DNA of 64,000 nt from Spirochaetia bacterium (GTDB lineage Bacteria; Spirochaetota; Spirochaetia; DSM-16054; Sediminispirochaetaceae). The position numbers and the translations under genes were made by a program. The DNA lies in assembly GCA_034520965.1 (NCBI GenBank), contig JAXHMY010000008.1, positions 205,005-269,004 of the forward strand. Direction: 5' to 3'. Positions 60,455-64,000 of this stretch are shown here, one piece after another; position 1 is the first letter of the stretch; every line of letters starts with the position of its first letter. The notes beneath the pieces were generated by a model. It saw only the letters and a program-made list of their open reading frames with translations, was not told the DNA's origin and did not search any database.

Positions 60455-60484
60455 TTGACAAAGGGCAAGAGCGACCCATATACT
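60455..60484 (+). promoter_or_regulatory. Sigma70-like promoter of Crp/Fnr gene
   Basis: TTGACA N18 TATACT; AGGTGGGG SD before ATG 60515. Confidence 0.6.
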
Positions 60485-60514
60485 TTTAAGCACAGTATTA
60501 GATTTAGGTGGGGT

Positions 60515-61742
60515 ATGAATAACTCTTTACAGTTGGCTCTGGTAACATTCAAAAAAGGCGCATATATCATAGTAGAAGGCAAGCAGCAAGCTGATTGCTT
60601 TTATATTCTACGTTCCGGGCAGGTACAGATAAGTAAAGAGCTGGAAGTAGTTGAAGAGGAAGGTGGAAATATCCTTCAACCGGGTGATTTTTTCGGGGTT
60701 GTGTCGACCATGTCGTCACACAGCCATATTGAAACTGCCCGAGCCCTTACCGATGTAGCTTTAATCTCGGTTAAACGCGAACAATACGGAACGCTTATAA
60801 AAAATAATGCCCCCGTGGCGATGAAAATTATTCAACAGTTCTCCCGTAAAATGCGTTATCTTGACGATGCACTTACCCGGATAACCCTCAAGAGTAATGC
60901 CGAAACCGATACTTCCCATCTGTTCGAAGTAGCTGAATATTATGCCCGCCAAAGTCAGTACAATCAGGCCTACTACGCGTATCATCAGTACATTAAGCAC
61001 TGCCCTGGGGGCGATCAAATAAATGTCGCCAAAGAGCGGATGGCGAAAATCAGGCCCTATGCCAAGGTAGTGTATTTGAATGCCGGTGACGATGAGTTTA
61101 CCCGTACTTATCCCAAGGATACAATGATCTTCTCTGAGAGCCAGCCGGGTAAGGAGTTGTATATTATCCAGCAGGGGAGTGTCAAGATTACTAAAATTGT
61201 GAATGACAATGAGGTTCTGCTGGCACTGCTCAAACCGGGAGATATATTTTGGTGAGATGGCATTGCTGGAAGACAAGCCGCGAAGTGCATCGGCAATTGC
61301 CCATGAGGAAGCCGTGCTCCTAGCTGTAAATAAAGATAACTTTAAGCGTATGGTTGCCAGCCAGCCCCAGATTATTACTCGGCTTACGCAGCTTCTTTCC
61401 GAACGAATCTGGTTTATCTACAAGCAATTGGCCAATACCCAAATTAGCGATCCTGTAGGCAGAATGTTCGATTTTCTGCTTATTCAACTGGAAAAACAGC
61501 GGGTACCGATCTCGAACGAGTCTTATACCTTCGATTTCGGTCCCCAGGAACTGGTAAATATGGTTGGATTGCCGAAGGGTGAAGGAAACCTGGCCGTACG
61601 GAAAATGTTTGAGAACTCACACCTGAAGAGCATTGATAATCATATTTATGTAAGTGATATAGAAGAAGTTGAGAAACAGGCCAAATACCATCGTAAAATG
61701 GAGCGGATTGCCCGCTCGCGAAAAGCTGGAGCAAGAAAATAG
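60515..61742 (+). CDS. Crp/Fnr-family protein with two cNMP-binding domains and central TPR; probable extra T at 61247-61250
   Basis: GDFFG and GDIFGEMALLEDKPRSASA cNMP motifs; EYYARQSQYNQAYYAY TPR-like helix pair. Confidence 0.85.
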
Positions 61743-61766
61743 ACGCGGATATTCAGTTTCTCCATT

Positions 61767-62456
61767 CTACTCACCCAGAATGAGGGGACTGAGGGGAAAA
61801 AACTGATTCTGCAGCGTCGAGACCGACCAGCTTCTGCCGTCCTTTCTTAATTGCACCATTATTTGAGTATCCTGGAGGTTGGAAAGGGGCGCGATGACCA
61901 CTCCCTTTTCTGCCAACATATCGGTAAGTATCTCCGGAATTTCAGTTACGCCGGCATGGATAAGTATGGCATCGAAACTGCGGGTACCAAAGCTGTTTTT
62001 TAGCTCAGAAAAACCGATTTGAATTATCTCCGTCAGGCCCAGCTCTTCCCAGATTCCCCGGTAGCTGTCCGCGAGGGATGTTTCTTCTTCACTTACCGTT
62101 ACCTCCATGCCGTTTCTAGCGAAGTAGGCTGCAATAAAACCGGTAGCCCGCCCTAGGATGTACACTCTGGCTCCCGATTCAAGCTCTAAAGCTTCAAAAC
62201 AACTTTGAGCAAACCCAGCTGTAGGCACCACTGAATTCGGAGTGACCGGCAGAGGAACATTGGTATCTGCAAAATCTTGTAGGTACTCAGGCAGAAACAG
62301 TTCTCGCAGCTGTACGGGGGTCAGCGTCTGGCGGGAGCTGTGCGGGATTTCCTCCTGGGCCTCAACAAGTTGGCTCGTCAGGAGAAGGAAGATCACTGGC
62401 CACAGAATCTTCAATAGAGGTTTGCTGTAAGAATAGGAGCAATGTAAATAGTGCAT
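61767..62456 (-). CDS. Divergent protein-L-isoaspartate O-methyltransferase-like protein with signal peptide
   Basis: LESGARVYILGRATGFIAA, FDAILIHAGVTEIP, GVVIAPL, FFPL echo PIMT motifs; N-terminal KILWPVIFLLLTSQLVEA. Confidence 0.65.
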   Translation of the reverse strand: MHYLHCSYSYSKPLLKILWPVIFLLLTSQLVEAQEEIPHSSRQTLTPVQLRELFLPEYLQDFADTNVPLPVTPNSVVPTAGFAQSCFEALELESGARVYILGRATGFIAAYFARNGMEVTVSEEETSLADSYRGIWEELGLTEIIQIGFSELKNSFGTRSFDAILIHAGVTEIPEILTDMLAEKGVVIAPLSNLQDTQIMVQLRKDGRSWSVSTLQNQFFPLSPLILGE

Positions 62457-62513
62457 AGATGTATAATATAACACATCCTTCCCCTGATGTTGAGCCATTT
62501 TGGTCTGTATATG

Positions 62514-62542
62514 TTGCTCTGTTGTCGCTATTTTGGTAGTAT
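62514..62542 (+). promoter_or_regulatory. Sigma70-like promoter of valS
   Basis: TTGCTC N17 TAGTAT with TGn extension. Confidence 0.5.
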
Positions 62543-62579
62543 CCTGTTTAAAACGGATGTACATGTAAGGAGAGGAATG

Positions 62580-64000
62580 ATGAAAGCGGTTCAGCTGGAT
62601 ATAGCCTACAATCCCAAAGAGTTTGAAGATCGTATTTATGAATACTGGATGCAGAATAATTTGTTTGCACCTATCGAGGGAGATGAAGAACCCTTTGTCA
62701 TAGTCATTCCTCCCCCAAACGTGACAGGCGTCCTGCACATGGGGCACGGTTTGAATAACAGCCTCCAGGATATATTAATTCGCTATTACCGTATGCAGGG
62801 GCGCCCCACCCTGTGGGTTCCGGGCACCGACCACGCCGGAATTGCGACTCAACATGTGGTTGAAAGGAAACTGAGGGCTCAGGGAACTAACCGACTCGAA
62901 CTTGGTCGCGAGAAGTTTGTGGAAGAAACCTGGAAGGTAAAGGAAGAGCACCACACTACGATCAGTCGTCAGCTTCGCAAAATTGGTGCCTCCTGTGATT
63001 GGACCCGCGAAAGATTTACCCTTGATGAAGGCTTGAATACGGCGGTTCGGGAGGTGTTTGTATCACTCTACGAGCGGGACCTCATATACCGCGGACACTA
63101 CCTTGTGAACTGGTGTCACTCCTGCGGTACCGCACTTTCGGACGACGAGGTTGAGCACAAAGAGGTTCATGGAAACCTGTGGCACTACTACTACCCCCTG
63201 GCCGACGGCAGCGCAAAATTGAAAAATCGCTACCACCCGTCCAGAAACGATGCTGGGCGACACCTGTGTAGCAGTGCACCCGGAAGACCCGCGTTATACC
63301 GGTTATATCGGTAAGCAGGTTGCACTGCCCCTCTCCGGACGTACTATTCCTATCATTGCCGATGAGTATGTAGACCGGGAATTTGGAAGCGGGGCGGTGA
63401 AGATTACTCCGGGACACGATCCGAATGACTACGAAATTGCCGAACGTCACGACCTGGAGAAAATCAATATTCTTAATCCCGATGGAACTCTGAATGAGAA
63501 TGTACCTGAAAAATACCGTGGAATGGATGTTCTCAGCGCCCGCAAACAGGTAGTGGAAGATATAAAAGAGGCGGGGCTGTTTATCAAAGAGGAACAGCAT
63601 TCCCATCAGATCGGGCACTGTTACCGCTGTAATACCGTAATTGAACCCTATATGTCGGAGCAGTGGTTTGTACGGATGCGCAATATGGCCGATAAAGCCT
63701 TGCACGCCTGGCAGAAGAATGAAGTAAAGTTTTTTCCGAAGAAGTATGAAAATACCTACGCCAACTGGCTTAATAATATTCGTGACTGGTGCATAAGCCG
63801 TCAACTGTGGTGGGGACACCGTATCCCTGTCTGGTATTGTAGTGACTGTGGCGAAATGACCGTTTCCCGGGAAGACTGGCTGCGTGTTCAAAGTGCGGGA
63901 GCAGTAATATCCGCCAGGATGAAGATGTGCTGGACACCTGGTTCTCCTCGTGGTTGTGGCCTTTTTCTACTCTAGGCTGGCCGGAGAAAACCTCCGATAT
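62580..64000 (+). CDS. valS: Valine--tRNA ligase, 5' part (runs off window); probable indels near 63222 and 63876
   Basis: [58 protein letters not shown] across three frames. Confidence 0.95.

Noticed and set aside
60515..61742. Double-cNMP/TPR Crp protein as a novelty
   Set aside because: I recall this architecture as common in spirochaetes, and nothing in the sequence suggests more.

Overview
Core-chromosome segment of a spirochaete (Spirochaetales, Spirochaetaceae-like). The assignment is inferred from gene order (murC-yicC-cmk-rpoZ-miaA; murB/cysS/ECF sigma) and the PPi-dependent Pfk. It carries about 55 mostly housekeeping genes: the tail of a probable flagellar operon, secA, PBP/lepB, glgC, hisC/folC/hisD-like, gal/man genes, asnS, cysS, valS, ackA and mgtE. 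I saw no rRNA, tRNA, CRISPR array or transposase. Eight genes, including valS, are broken by 1-2 nt indels, most likely sequencing errors. The most unusual signals are as follows. (1) A family of tiny palindromic elements (23633-23808, 33799-33936, 34838-34887, 60411-60452) with CAG/CGG...CTG ends. Three have exact 9-bp flanking direct repeats that overlap the -35 box of a sigma70-like promoter, which suggests a promoter-targeting MITE. (2) A second dispersed 68-nt two-hairpin repeat (5230, 36689, 51715, partial at 29942), one copy of which reads in frame inside a signal peptide. (3) A coupled atypical Hsp70 + J-domain/HEAT + divergent CheA module. (4) Several apparent pseudo-enzymes or variant enzymes (exported PIMT-like protein, Cys-less transglutaminase in an ECF operon, Memo and HisD with swapped metal ligands). 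(5) Many apparently leaderless genes.
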